Shown: positions 38,570 through 48,990 of the stretch, in pieces
Layout of the letters: each line of letters starts with the position of its first letter
Position numbering within the stretch: the stretch's first letter is position 1
NCBI GenBank assembly: GCA_041891055.1
Contig: CP169074.1
Location: 1,216,001-1,280,000, forward strand
Direction: 5' to 3'
Origin: Halorutilales archaeon Cl-col2-1
GTDB taxonomy: Archaea > Halobacteriota > Halobacteria > Halobacteriales > Afararchaeaceae
DNA length: 64,000 nucleotides
Made by a program: the position numbers and the translations under genes
Notes under the pieces: model-generated
What the model saw: the letters and a program-made list of their open reading frames with translations, nothing else
The model's database searches: none
What the model was told of the DNA's origin: nothing

Positions 38570-38624
38570 AGCTATGGTATGGTCAGCGTTCCGGAATAAA
38601 GGATTTGTGTAGGAAGAAGAGAAG

Positions 38625-39011
38625 CTACTCGAGAGGCTCGAACTTAGTGCCGTAATGTATCATGCCTTCCTCGCCGTCCTGTCCTATACGTCTGAACGAA
38701 GTCTCGACGCGGTCGCCTATCTCGACGTCCTCGTCGACGACCTGACCCGTCGTACGTGCTCCCTCGTCTAGCTCGACGACAGCGAGCGTGTAGGGCACGG
38801 TTCCCTCGTAGTCCTCTCCGGGGTCGTGGACACGCGTGTAAGAGACGACCTCTCCCTCTCCCGAGAACTCCTTCTCGACTATCTCGCCGTCCCTCCTGCA
38901 GTCAGGACACAGACTGCGCGGAGGGAAGTAGGCTGTGCCGCACGTCTTGCACTCTGTTCCTACGGTTCTGTAACGCTGGTTTATCTTTCTCCAGAAACGT
39001 GGTACTGTCAT
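38625..39011 (-). CDS. DUF35 Zn-ribbon/OB-fold scaffold protein
   Basis: VPRFWR, CKTCG..YFPPR..CPDC, YGTKF. Confidence 0.92.
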   Translation of the reverse strand: MTVPRFWRKINQRYRTVGTECKTCGTAYFPPRSLCPDCRRDGEIVEKEFSGEGEVVSYTRVHDPGEDYEGTVPYTLAVVELDEGARTTGQVVDEDVEIGDRVETSFRRIGQDGEEGMIHYGTKFEPLE

Positions 39012-39015
39012 TTAT

Positions 39016-40212
39016 CTACTGCCTCCTTGAGCTCGGGTTCTGGTTCGAGTTCGAGAGTATGCTGACTACGGCTGTCGCGCCCGTTCCTCCGACGTTGTGG
39101 GCGAGTCCGACCTCGGCGTCTTCGACCTGTCTCCCGTCGGCTTCGCCTCTGAGCTGTGTCACGACCTCGGCGATCTGTCTCACACCCGTCGCTCCGAGAG
39201 GATGTCCACACGCCTTGAGACCTCCCGACGGATTTACGGGTATACGTCCGTCGAGTCCTGTCTCGCCGTTCTGGGTAGCCTCGCCTCCCTTTCCTTTCTC
39301 GACGAATCCGAGATCCTCTACTGCGAGTATTTCGCCTACGGTGTACGAGTCGTGAACCTCGGCGAGGTCTACGTCGTCGGGATCTATACCCGCGGAGTCG
39401 TATGCGGTCTGGGCGGCGTGCTGTGTCGACTTGATACTCGTCATGTCGTCCCTGTCGTGGACTGAGAGTGTGTCGCTCGCCTGTGCGGTCGCCTCGACGT
39501 AGACTGGATTGTCGGTGTACTCCTCGGCTACGTCGGCGGAGGCGACTACTACCGCCGCCGCGCCGTCGCTTCCGGGCGAACAGTCGAACATCCTGAGAGG
39601 CTCCGACACATACGGAGTCGACTCGACTACCTCGGCGGGCACAGAGCTCTGGTACTGTGCGTACTCGTTGCCCTCTGCATTGGCGTGGTTCTTGACTGCG
39701 ACCTCCGAGAGCTGAGACCTCGTCGTGCCGTACTCGTCCATGTGTGCACGCGCCATCATAGCGTAGAGCGAAGGGACGTTGGCACCCTCGAAGACCTCCC
39801 ACTCCCTGTCGGCGCTCCCGCTCAGGGCGTCGGTCGTCTCCTCGGCACCGAGGTCTGTCATCTTCTCGGCTCCGCTAGCGACGACGACGTCTGACGCGCC
39901 GCTCGCCACGTCGAGGACTGCCTGTCTGAAAGCGAGTCCTCCCGAGGCGTCGGCGGCTTCGACACGTGTCGCGGGTATGTGTTCGACCGCGAGTCCGGCG
40001 TAGTCGGCGATGAGCGCGGCGACGTGTTCCTGATCTATGAACTGACCCGCGCTCATGTTTCCGCCGTAGAGAGCGTCTATGTCGTCTCCACCGACGCCCG
40101 CGTCTTCGAGAGCACGTACCCCCGCAGTCGTGAATATGTCTCTGAACGATCTGTCCCAGTGTTCGCCGAAAGAGGTCTGTCCGACCCCTATTACTGCTAC
40201 GTCTCTTTCCAT
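39016..40212 (-). CDS. Acetoacetyl-CoA thiolase-like protein (archaeal type)
   Basis: VAVKNH, AEVHD, VNPSGGLKACGHPLGATG, HNVGG; has EAADASG where EAACASG is usual. Confidence 0.88.
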   Translation of the reverse strand: MERDVAVIGVGQTSFGEHWDRSFRDIFTTAGVRALEDAGVGGDDIDALYGGNMSAGQFIDQEHVAALIADYAGLAVEHIPATRVEAADASGGLAFRQAVLDVASGASDVVVASGAEKMTDLGAEETTDALSGSADREWEVFEGANVPSLYAMMARAHMDEYGTTRSQLSEVAVKNHANAEGNEYAQYQSSVPAEVVESTPYVSEPLRMFDCSPGSDGAAAVVVASADVAEEYTDNPVYVEATAQASDTLSVHDRDDMTSIKSTQHAAQTAYDSAGIDPDDVDLAEVHDSYTVGEILAVEDLGFVEKGKGGEATQNGETGLDGRIPVNPSGGLKACGHPLGATGVRQIAEVVTQLRGEADGRQVEDAEVGLAHNVGGTGATAVVSILSNSNQNPSSRRQ

Positions 40213-40214
40213 TC

Positions 40215-41261
40215 TTACTCCTCCTTTATCTTGCCCTTGTGCTTGGCGTACTCTCCGTAGTCGAGATACTCTACGTCGTCGGAGTCGATGATGTCACGCA
40301 CGAGAGGTGCGCGGTCACGTCTCTCGATCTCCTCAGTTATGTCGAGCGAGAAGGCGTCACTTCCCGCTCCCGATCCGAACGATGCTAAGAAGACGCGGTC
40401 GCCGGGCTCCGCCTCGTCTAAGACAGCAGAGAGACCGACGAGCGACGCGCCGCTGTATGTGTTTCCTATCTCGGGTGTGAGAAGACCCGTCTCGTACTGT
40501 TCCTCGTCGAATCCTATCTTCTGTGCGACCTTGACGGGGAACTTACCGTTGGGCTGGTGGAATACGGCGTAGTCGTAGTCGTCTGTCGTCGTCCCGAGTC
40601 TGTCCATCAGCTTCTCACTCGAACTCGTTATATGTCTGAAGTAGGCGGGCTCTCCCGTGAAACGTTCTCCGTGCTGAGGATAACGCGCTCCCTCACGTCT
40701 CCAGAAGTCGGGGGTGTCGGTTGTGAAGGACGCGGTGTCCTCGATCTTAGCCATCGCCTCGTCGTCGTCTCCTATAACGAAAGCCGCGCCTCCGGCGGCG
40801 GCACTGTACTCAAGAGCGTCCCTCGGCGCGCCCTGTGAGACGTCGGCACCGATAGCCATTCCGTAATCTATCATACCCGAGTCGACGAGTCCCATACACG
40901 ACTGTATCCCCGCTGTGCCTGCCTTACACGCGAACTCGAAGTCGGCGGCTGTCATGTCAGGGGTCGCGCCTATCGCCGCGCCGACTATCGTTCCCGTCGG
41001 CTTGACTGCGTAGGGGTGTGACTCACTTCCGGTGTATATAGCACCGATCTCCTCGCCGTCTACGTCGACACGTCTCATCGCGTTCTTCGCCGCCTCGGTG
41101 GCGATAGTTATGGTATCCTCGTCCTCGTCGGGGACGCTTTTCTGTTCAACGTTGAGACCGTTCTTGATGACGTCTGGGTCGTCTCCCCAGATACGTGCTA
41201 TCTCCTCGGCCTCTATCCTGTACTTGGGTACGTAGGCTCCGTAGCTTACTATTCCTGCCAT
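40215..41261 (-). CDS. Archaeal-type HMG-CoA synthase
   Basis: [55 protein letters not shown]. Confidence 0.93.
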   Translation of the reverse strand: MAGIVSYGAYVPKYRIEAEEIARIWGDDPDVIKNGLNVEQKSVPDEDEDTITIATEAAKNAMRRVDVDGEEIGAIYTGSESHPYAVKPTGTIVGAAIGATPDMTAADFEFACKAGTAGIQSCMGLVDSGMIDYGMAIGADVSQGAPRDALEYSAAAGGAAFVIGDDDEAMAKIEDTASFTTDTPDFWRREGARYPQHGERFTGEPAYFRHITSSSEKLMDRLGTTTDDYDYAVFHQPNGKFPVKVAQKIGFDEEQYETGLLTPEIGNTYSGASLVGLSAVLDEAEPGDRVFLASFGSGAGSDAFSLDITEEIERRDRAPLVRDIIDSDDVEYLDYGEYAKHKGKIKEE

Positions 41262-41265
41262 TCGG

Positions 41266-42018
41266 TTACTCCTCCTCGTATCTGTTTATACGTGAGATCA
41301 TCTTACTCAGATCCATCTGTGTAACGCTCAGGTCTATTCCTTCTATACGTGCGAGACGGGGTGCTAGATCCGACATCTCGTCTTCGTCTATTCCGTGTAG
41401 TACGACGGCGCGCGGCTTGAGGCTCGTGACACGTATTGCGACGAGAGGACTCTCACCGCGCGAGACACGTGTGAAAACGAGTGCGCGCTGTGTCGTCCAG
41501 CCGTAGAGACGCGTGAACTCGGCGTTCGAGAGGCTAGTTATCGCCTTCACCGAGTCTATGACTGTGTGTCCGGCGAGTGTCTTGTCGTCGTCGGACTCCT
41601 CGCCGGCTCTGTGAACCACGTCAGCGTCTATGGCGTCGTAGAAGTCGTCACCGTCGACGGGGGTCTCGTAGTCCCTGAGATCCTTTATGGCGTCACCCTC
41701 GAAGCCGGCTCCGAGAATACGTCTGTACCTTCGGAGTGTCTCGCCTCCGCGCTCTCTGTCAATCTCTATGAGGGCATCGACAGTCCTCCTCACTACGTTC
41801 GCTCCAGGGCTCTCGCGTCTGCCGCTCTCGTAGTCACTCACGACACTCACCGAGACCCCGAGTCTCTCGCTGAGCTCCGACTGTGAGACTCCGAAGTTCT
41901 CCCTCCATTTCCGGAGTGTAGATCCGGGGTCGTCGCTCAGGACGACCTCTCCCGCAATCTTCTCCGAGAGCTTAGTCTCAGGTGTCGAAGCCGCGCGTGC
42001 CTCCTCCGTCTCAGCCAT
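41266..42018 (-). CDS. Archaeal XRE-type HTH regulator (COG1709-like)
   Basis: [41 protein letters not shown]. Confidence 0.85.
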   Translation of the reverse strand: MAETEEARAASTPETKLSEKIAGEVVLSDDPGSTLRKWRENFGVSQSELSERLGVSVSVVSDYESGRRESPGANVVRRTVDALIEIDRERGGETLRRYRRILGAGFEGDAIKDLRDYETPVDGDDFYDAIDADVVHRAGEESDDDKTLAGHTVIDSVKAITSLSNAEFTRLYGWTTQRALVFTRVSRGESPLVAIRVTSLKPRAVVLHGIDEDEMSDLAPRLARIEGIDLSVTQMDLSKMISRINRYEEE

Positions 42019-42096
42019 CTAAAGGAGAGTCACGTCTCTCTCATATATATGTAGCGAAAGGCGACGAAACGAGTTTCGACAGCTGTCGAAAGAGTG

Positions 42097-43224
42097 TCAG
42101 GGGTTTTCGGGTCTGTCTCCCAAGGTCACCTCAACGGTCTTCTCGTCTCCGTCATGTACTACGGTTACCTCGACGGTTTCACCCGGACGTGTCTCAGTAG
42201 CGAGATGGCTAGCGAGATCCTCCGATGAGTCGACCCCCATCCCTCCGATTCCGACTATGACGTCTCCTCCGGTGGGCATCCTTCCGTCGGTACTGCTCGG
42301 CTCAAGGATGCCCTCAGAGGGCCCATCGTCGATTACGTCGACTACGAGTATGCCCCTCACGTCTTCGAGACCGTTGGCTTCGGCGACAGCAGGTGTCACG
42401 GGCATAGTCGATACGCCGAGGTACGAGTGGCTGTAGTCGCCGTCTTGTATGAGTTCGGGGACGACACGGCTCACCATCTCGGGCGATATTGCAAAGCCGA
42501 GATTGTCGCCCTGTTTGGCGCGGTTGACACCCACGACCTCCCCCTTGAGATTTACGAGAGGACCGCCGCTGTTACCCGGATTTATGGGAGTATCAGTCTG
42601 AACCGCGTCGGGGATTGCGAAGCCTCCTCTCGTCCTCATAGACCTGTCGAGTCCGCTGACTATGCCGTGTGTGACAGAAGCCTCGTAGCCGAGAGGGTTT
42701 CCGAGGGCGAGTACGACCTGCCCCCTCTTAGGATCGGAGGACGCAACTGGTAGTGGGTCGGCGTAGGTGGGAGGATCGTCGACTCTGAGTACGGCTAAGT
42801 CAGTGTAGACGTCGGTTCCGATAACCGTTGCCTCTCTCCAGTCGCCCTGATTGAATCTCACCCAAACATCCTCTGAGTCCTGTACGACGTGCTGGTTGGT
42901 GACTACGTGCCCCTCAGAGTCGTAGATGAATCCGGATCCCTGACCCGAGTTAGTCGACGCCGAAGAGCCGACACGTATCGAGACGACAGAGTCTATCGTA
43001 GAGTTGTAGACCGACGAGTAGACTTCCGACGGGCTTCCCGTGATATTTACTGAGACCGGAGTCCCGGGTCGCGTGTCGGCTCCGGCTCCCTCGGGCGACT
43101 CCGAAGTAGAAGCAGACGGAGACGGGTTCGGCGACTGGGGCGCTGCGGTGTTTACGACGCCGAATATGACGCCGAATATCACCACGACGGCGACAGCTCC
43201 GCCTATCTTCGATTTTGTACTCAT
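42097..43224 (-). CDS. HtrA/DegP-like S1C serine protease with PDZ domain
   Basis: TNQHV, TDLAVL, NPGNSGGPL; N-terminal anchor; PDZ. Confidence 0.92.
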   Translation of the reverse strand: MSTKSKIGGAVAVVVIFGVIFGVVNTAAPQSPNPSPSASTSESPEGAGADTRPGTPVSVNITGSPSEVYSSVYNSTIDSVVSIRVGSSASTNSGQGSGFIYDSEGHVVTNQHVVQDSEDVWVRFNQGDWREATVIGTDVYTDLAVLRVDDPPTYADPLPVASSDPKRGQVVLALGNPLGYEASVTHGIVSGLDRSMRTRGGFAIPDAVQTDTPINPGNSGGPLVNLKGEVVGVNRAKQGDNLGFAISPEMVSRVVPELIQDGDYSHSYLGVSTMPVTPAVAEANGLEDVRGILVVDVIDDGPSEGILEPSSTDGRMPTGGDVIVGIGGMGVDSSEDLASHLATETRPGETVEVTVVHDGDEKTVEVTLGDRPENP

Positions 43225-43273
43225 TTGCGTCTAAGTAGACGGCTTCGGAGAATAAGGCTGGTGGTAGATGAGT

Positions 43274-43825
43274 CTAAGCGTTCCCATCGGCGTCGGAGAA
43301 CTCGTGTCCACAGTTGGGACACGTATGTTTCTCGTCGGTCTCCTCACGCCGAAGCTCGCGGCTCGACTCGGCAATCTCCTTCATGGCGTCAGTTATGCGA
43401 TCCTCAGCTTCCTTCTCTCTGTCGACAGAGACGCGCGCGCCCTCGACTTCCAACAGGAAACGTGCGGTCTCGGTCGACTCATAGACTATGTCGTCTATCT
43501 CGTCGGGCTCGAAGAACTCCGACATAGCTCCGTAGAGGAAGGTAGCACCCGACTTACGCACCTTGTCCTCGAAAGAGTTTCTCGCCTCGTTTACCGCCTG
43601 TGGCGAGTAGGTGTCTGTCATGAAAGGGACAAGGTCGGGGAGGTTCTCGCCTATGAGTGTCATCTCGATCCCCGTCTCAGTCCTGAAGTCGGAACACAGA
43701 CGCGCTATTGCCCACTCGCGCGCCGTGATGTAGGTACGGTCTCTCAGGAACTCGTTTACCCTGTCATACTCCGACTCCTCGACCTTCTTGAAACGGTCGT
43801 ACTTGTCTATCTCGTCGGACTCCAT
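43274..43825 (-). CDS. Conserved haloarchaeal protein (DUF5806-like) with C-terminal CPxCG
   Basis: YDRVNEFLRDRTYITAREWAIARLC.DFRTETG. Confidence 0.8.
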   Translation of the reverse strand: MESDEIDKYDRFKKVEESEYDRVNEFLRDRTYITAREWAIARLCSDFRTETGIEMTLIGENLPDLVPFMTDTYSPQAVNEARNSFEDKVRKSGATFLYGAMSEFFEPDEIDDIVYESTETARFLLEVEGARVSVDREKEAEDRITDAMKEIAESSRELRREETDEKHTCPNCGHEFSDADGNA

Positions 43826-43876
43826 TGGGATAGTTTAGTCAGTCTTTCAACTTAAAGACCTGCGCTGGGTGTCGTC

Positions 43877-45484
43877 TCAGACGTCTTCGGCTTCGAGACT
43901 GTGTCTGTGTAGCTCAACGGGTATACCGCCGGCTTCGAGTAGCCGACTGTGGAAGTCCCGCGTGCTGAAGTCGGTCTCGTCGGCGAGGTCTGAGAGAAGT
44001 CTCTTACCGACCGTGAAGGAGACGCCGTTTCCGGGGTTACGGCTGTAGGCGACCGCCTCTGACCACGCAGCCTCGGGCTCGAAGCCCGCCTCTTCGACGA
44101 GGTAGTCGGCGGCTTCGTCGACTGTCATCTCTCCTCTGCTGAGTCTCATGTCGACTACGGCACGGCATGCGTTTCTGATCCTCTTCTCTGCCGAGACGAG
44201 ACGTAGACCCTCGGCAGTCGCTCCCGTATCGAGTTCGTCGACGAAACCCGACTCTATCGCAGTCTGTGCGGTGTATCCCCTCCATCCCTCTACGAAGTCG
44301 TCGCCGAAGCTGTTGAATCTCCCCGCGAGGCTGTTGACGCGCGACGGACTGAGACACGAGTAGACCTGCTGGAGATGGTGTCCGGGGAAGACGTCCGAGA
44401 AGACGGTGTACGCAATCTCGGAGACGTTGTGAAACCTGAGCATCTCGGAATCTGCGGGTGGTGAGACGTAGTAGACTGCGTCCTTCTCGCCAAGGGGGGT
44501 GGGCTCTACGTAGCCAGAGTCACCTATGAGTGGACGGAGACGTTCGGGGGTCTCAGATATACGGAGGCTCGACTCGGGGACGTCAGCGAAGTCACCGTCT
44601 GTGAGACGGTACGCGGCGTCGGCAGTTCGTCTGTACTCGTCTATGACTCCGTCAAAGGTCTCGGGATGGTCGGACTCAACCGACTCTATAGCCTCGTCGA
44701 AGGATGGCGCGTCAATCTTCGAGACAGCGTCTCTCAGATCCTCGTCCGCCGCGTCAATCTCCGACTCAGCTATCTCGATGACCTCCGAACTCGGCGGCAG
44801 GTAACGGAGTTCGAGGAGACGGTCGAGTTTTTCCTCGCCGACCGGGTCGTAGCTACGCGTGTCGAGCGACTCTAGCCAGTCACGGTAGTCGTCGACAGCG
44901 TCGATGACGTCCTGTGAGTTCGCACTTATCCTGTAGGCGACGTCCTGTCTCTCTATGTCGCCAGCGTGGTCTGCTATAAGCTGTAGGAGACCCGGAATCT
45001 CAGCACACGCCTCTATCTCGGATTCGACCCACTCGTCGACGGGATCGGTCAGACGGCTCTTTGTCTCTTCTATGTAGTCGGGACAGTCTTCGAGACGGTC
45101 GGCTATTCTCTCGAGACGTTCCTCGAAGGGAGCGAAGTCACGTACGAAGAGGGGGTAGATCAACGAGACCACGCCGTCAACCGCCTGTGGGTCGGACTCC
45201 CAGAGACGTAGCTCGTCCATCTCGTAGAGGTCGTATTCGAGACTCGAAACAGCCGCCTGTTTGCTCACTGTGTCTTCGTCTAAGCCCCTGAGTTCTTCGA
45301 GGACGTCCTTGGCGTCTTCTATCTCTTCCACTACGGATTCGCGGCTTCCGTCGGGGACGTCGGAGTCGTAGTCGTGGACGCCTAAGACTGTCGCCATGTG
45401 GGGGTTGCGTTCGAGTACACGGTCGAAGTAGTCGGAGACCACGGCTTCGGTCTCTGTCTGTGTCTGATCGTCTGTGTCTGTCAT
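43877..45484 (-). CDS. DUF885 family protein
   Basis: NP..AT.LG.HDYD, PGHHLQ, FVEGW..Y, R.VVD, FH..LL..G.IP. Confidence 0.82.
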   Translation of the reverse strand: MTDTDDQTQTETEAVVSDYFDRVLERNPHMATVLGVHDYDSDVPDGSRESVVEEIEDAKDVLEELRGLDEDTVSKQAAVSSLEYDLYEMDELRLWESDPQAVDGVVSLIYPLFVRDFAPFEERLERIADRLEDCPDYIEETKSRLTDPVDEWVESEIEACAEIPGLLQLIADHAGDIERQDVAYRISANSQDVIDAVDDYRDWLESLDTRSYDPVGEEKLDRLLELRYLPPSSEVIEIAESEIDAADEDLRDAVSKIDAPSFDEAIESVESDHPETFDGVIDEYRRTADAAYRLTDGDFADVPESSLRISETPERLRPLIGDSGYVEPTPLGEKDAVYYVSPPADSEMLRFHNVSEIAYTVFSDVFPGHHLQQVYSCLSPSRVNSLAGRFNSFGDDFVEGWRGYTAQTAIESGFVDELDTGATAEGLRLVSAEKRIRNACRAVVDMRLSRGEMTVDEAADYLVEEAGFEPEAAWSEAVAYSRNPGNGVSFTVGKRLLSDLADETDFSTRDFHSRLLEAGGIPVELHRHSLEAEDV

Positions 45485-45528
45485 TGAAGTAGAGTCGGGA
45501 CGCGGCGACTTGTAAACTGTGTCTATAT

Positions 45529-46698
45529 CTACGTCTGTGGCAGATCGCCGCGGACGACATAAGGACCGACTACACGCACGAACTGTGAGGTCACGACGAG
45601 TAAGATCGGGCCTAAGAAGATGCCGTAAAATCCGAAGACTGCGGGTCCGAGTATGTAAGCGAACATTAGGAGACCCATGTGAGTGTGCTTGCCGCTGACG
45701 TAGGGTCTCACGAGGAAGTCGGGCACGAGGTCAACGACGACGAGTGTGACGGCGACGAAGACCGCGACGAAGACGAGGGTCTCAGCCCCGGCGGTTAGGT
45801 ATCCCATCGCCCCCATGTAGGCTGCGACAGGAAGGTAGACTATCTTCATCCCCACGACGGGTATCAGGCTTCCCGCGCCCGTGAGAGCACCTACGAGAGC
45901 CGGATACGGAACCTCGACCGCCTCAGGTGCGACGTAGTTGTAGGCGTAGAAGATCCCTATTCCGATTATGGCTGTCACGAAGGCGTTGAGTATGTTTCCG
46001 AAGAGTATCGACGAGAGTTCACGGTCGACGGCGTCGGCGTAAGTCTCGACTATCCCCGTCGAGTCGTACTCCTCAAGTATCCACATCCTAAGACGGCTGC
46101 CGTCGGCTAGTAGGTAGTAGGTTCCCGAGAAAACTAGGAAACTCCTGAGAAGGACACCTCCGGCAGCCGTGACCGTCTCAGATATGCTCTCGGAGGCTGT
46201 GGTCAGCCATCTACGAACCGAGTCGTCGTTGGCGAGTTCACGTAGCTCCGAGACTGTCAGACCACGTATACTGTCGAGGGTGAGAGGGGGCGAGTCGGTA
46301 GGTGTCGGAAGTACACCAATGTCAGGGACATAACCCTCTCCGAGAGCATCACGTATCTCGGGCACTAAGAGCGAGACTGTGTATCCTAAGAGAGCGACGA
46401 AGGGTATCAGAAATATGAGTATCGTAGCCGCGGCTCTGAGTCTCGACTGGTATGGGAACGAGATGTCCTCGAGAAAACGGTGGTCGGAGAGTGACTTCAG
46501 GCTCTTGTGTATCGGACGGCTCGCATAGTAGAGAAAGACGGTAAAGACGGCTGTCGCGGCAAACTGTGTGACCACGTATGTGACAGTCCCGAGTAAGAGA
46601 ATGAGGAGTACGCCGAATCCGACGCGTCGGAGCAGGTCGGCTCTTAGTCTCGTTTTCTGACCTCCGTCTTCACCTTCGTTAACGTCGGACTGGGACAT
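45529..46698 (-). CDS. AI-2E family transporter
   Basis: VFLYYASRP, IPVVGMK, RPYVSG, G...FGFYGIFLGP. Confidence 0.85.
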   Translation of the reverse strand: MSQSDVNEGEDGGQKTRLRADLLRRVGFGVLLILLLGTVTYVVTQFAATAVFTVFLYYASRPIHKSLKSLSDHRFLEDISFPYQSRLRAAATILIFLIPFVALLGYTVSLLVPEIRDALGEGYVPDIGVLPTPTDSPPLTLDSIRGLTVSELRELANDDSVRRWLTTASESISETVTAAGGVLLRSFLVFSGTYYLLADGSRLRMWILEEYDSTGIVETYADAVDRELSSILFGNILNAFVTAIIGIGIFYAYNYVAPEAVEVPYPALVGALTGAGSLIPVVGMKIVYLPVAAYMGAMGYLTAGAETLVFVAVFVAVTLVVVDLVPDFLVRPYVSGKHTHMGLLMFAYILGPAVFGFYGIFLGPILLVVTSQFVRVVGPYVVRGDLPQT

Positions 46699-46760
46699 CC
46701 TGTCTAGGCATTACGGAGACAGAACATAAATGTCAGGACAGTTCCTCGGGGTCGACATTC

Positions 46761-46850
46761 GAAGAGCTTTGCTCTCGTTGGCTCAGAAATCAAAGATTTC
46801 TGAACGTATGCAAATCGAAGATTTGCTTGCACACTAATCAGAGATTAGCG
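46761..46850. repeat. Array of four short palindromes (3-nt loops, ~24-bp period)
   Basis: AGAGC-TTT-GCTCT; CAGAAATC-AAA-GATTTCTG; GCAAATC-GAA-GATTTGC; CTAATC-AGA-GATTAG; related array at 61771-61909. Confidence 0.8.
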
Positions 46851-47681
46851 GATTTCGTGGTTCCTTATGTAATGGAAGATGTAGTTCTGAGCATAACCGG
46901 CGTACTCTCCGAAGTAGTCGCGGAAGTTCTCCGACGTCTCGGAGTAGCTCGACCCCGCTAAGTCGGGATAGTAGGTCTCTATAGCCTCGTCTATCCACGT
47001 GTCTATCGGAACCGCCTCGTTGAAGCCGAGCGAGAAGAGGAGTATACAGTCGGCGACCTTGTCTCCGACGCCCATGAGACGTTTGACCTCGTCGTGTGCG
47101 TCGACGTACTCCATCCGCCTCACCTCGTCGGGGTCGACCTCTCCGTCTGCGACCATACGCGCCGTCTTGACGACATACGGGGCTCTGTACCCCAGACCTA
47201 TCTCTCTGAGCTCTTCCTCTCCCGCCTCGGCGAGAGTCTCGGGTGACGGGAAGACATAGGCGTCGTAACCCTCGATAGGCTCACCGTACCTTCGTCTGAT
47301 CTCGTCGACGAGACTCTTTATGCGCGGTATCCTGTTCTGCGCGCTGATTATGAAAGAGACAGTACACGCGAAGAATTCGTCGTTGACGACTCTGAGACCC
47401 GGGTACTCGTCGATACCGCGTGTCACGAGTTCGTCGTGTGAGATCTCGTCGTGTATCTCGTCGAGTGGGTCGTCTAAGCCGAGGAGACGTCTGACGGCTT
47501 TCTCGGAGGCTCCCGTGGTCTCGTACCGAACGCCTTCCTCGTGGTCGTCCTGATAGACCCTCACTCCCTCTCCCTCGACTGCTGTCGAGAATCCGTCGCC
47601 GTCAGTTTGACGTCTCCAGACAAAGGTCTGTCCCGACTCAAGCGTTTCAACGAGGTCGATACGTGTCTCGATCTCTCTCAT
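46845..47681 (-). CDS. ogg: 8-oxoguanine DNA glycosylase/AP lyase (Ogg1-type)
   Basis: TLESGQ.F.W, SFIIS.QN.I.RI, GLGYRA.Y, GVG.KVADC.LLFSL, P.DTW. Confidence 0.9.
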   Translation of the reverse strand: MREIETRIDLVETLESGQTFVWRRQTDGDGFSTAVEGEGVRVYQDDHEEGVRYETTGASEKAVRRLLGLDDPLDEIHDEISHDELVTRGIDEYPGLRVVNDEFFACTVSFIISAQNRIPRIKSLVDEIRRRYGEPIEGYDAYVFPSPETLAEAGEEELREIGLGYRAPYVVKTARMVADGEVDPDEVRRMEYVDAHDEVKRLMGVGDKVADCILLFSLGFNEAVPIDTWIDEAIETYYPDLAGSSYSETSENFRDYFGEYAGYAQNYIFHYIRNHEIR

Positions 47682-48004
47682 ATCTGTATGCTCCCGACAC
47701 AGTCGTCGATGCTACGTCTGACTTCGTCGTACTCACGTAACATCGTCTTCCCGTCGTCGGTCAGAGACGCACCCCCACCCTCGCTCCCGCCTCTTTTCCG
47801 CTCGACGAGTGTCGTCCCGAGCCGCTCCTCGACTGTCTGTATCTTGTCGAGAGCGTACCTGTAGCTCATCTCAGTGTTCTCGGCTGCCTCCGAGACTGTT
47901 CCCGTCTCGTCTATCTCCTGAAGGAGAGCCATAGTCCCCTCACCGAAGACGTAGTCCCCGTCGTCGTCGGTGAACCAGAGCTTGAACTCGGGATATATCT
48001 CCAT
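47678..48004 (-). CDS. ModE-type N-terminal HTH regulator
   Basis: FGEG..LL..I..TG....AA...MSYR.A, RGG..GGGA.LT. Confidence 0.88.
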   Translation of the reverse strand: MEIYPEFKLWFTDDDGDYVFGEGTMALLQEIDETGTVSEAAENTEMSYRYALDKIQTVEERLGTTLVERKRGGSEGGGASLTDDGKTMLREYDEVRRSIDDCVGSIQI

Positions 48005-48061
48005 ACGGATACGTCGTGCGCGCCGGGTTAATAGATATGGTGCTCTCGCTGTTGTTATGGA

Positions 48062-48934
48062 CTACTCAGTCTTCGGGGTCGTCTTAGCCCCCGACGGCGG
48101 AACGATTAGGACATTACTCGTTGACTTCTCTGCTACGCTCTCAGTCACACTTCCGAGGAGAAGACGTCTTATCCTGCTGAGACCACGTGATCCCATCAGA
48201 ACGAGCGACGGATCCCAGTCGTCTTCCTCAGCAAGTATCTCCTCGACAGCGTTGCCCTCACGAACGTTCGTCTCTACGTCTATGTCATCCTTCAGATCCT
48301 CAAGCTCGCCGCGGAGATCCTCAAGTGTCTGCTTAGCTCCCTCTTCCCCTCCTACGACGTCCTCCTCTCCCGTGAGGACGTGGAGGAGGTCGACTTCCTG
48401 TACCGACTCCTGTATATCCTGGAACTCGTTGTACGCTCTCTGTGCGTTCTCGGAGAAGTCGGTAGGATGTAGAACGCGTGAGAAGATAGCCTTCTCGGCG
48501 ACCTTGACCTCGCCCTCCTCGTGTCCGGTTATACGCTGTATCAGAAGGGGACGAGACGCGGTTCTCGCCATGTTCTTCGCTGTGCTCCCTATGAGGGTAC
48601 GCTGTATACGTCCACGTCCCTTTGAGCCGACTATGATCATGTCGGCATCGACCTCCTTCGCGAGATCGTTTATACGTCTGTACGGCGTGCCTCTCACGAC
48701 GTGGGACTCGACTTCGAATCCCTCGTCTTCAAGAACTCCCTTCTGACCGTCGAGTAGCTCCTGCTTCGGGCTTTCGAGGTCGAAAGGCGCAATACCCGAC
48801 CTCATCGAGACATTTATGACATGGATTAGATGTATCTTGTCGACGCCGACTCTCTTAAGACAGTCGAGACACGTCTGTGACTTTACCGCCGCCTCTGTCG
48901 GCTCTGACAGATCTGTCGCGTATACGACTTCCAT
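48062..48934 (-). CDS. Tandem universal stress protein
   Basis: Two Usp domains (GSKGRG...LIGST; GSRG...LLGSV); CxxC; start 48934. Confidence 0.88.
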   Translation of the reverse strand: MEVVYATDLSEPTEAAVKSQTCLDCLKRVGVDKIHLIHVINVSMRSGIAPFDLESPKQELLDGQKGVLEDEGFEVESHVVRGTPYRRINDLAKEVDADMIIVGSKGRGRIQRTLIGSTAKNMARTASRPLLIQRITGHEEGEVKVAEKAIFSRVLHPTDFSENAQRAYNEFQDIQESVQEVDLLHVLTGEEDVVGGEEGAKQTLEDLRGELEDLKDDIDVETNVREGNAVEEILAEEDDWDPSLVLMGSRGLSRIRRLLLGSVTESVAEKSTSNVLIVPPSGAKTTPKTE

Positions 48935-48990
48935 GGACTTGGGTACTCGTTCATACGGTTTATAATCTAGGGTGGCGGCAGACACCGAAG

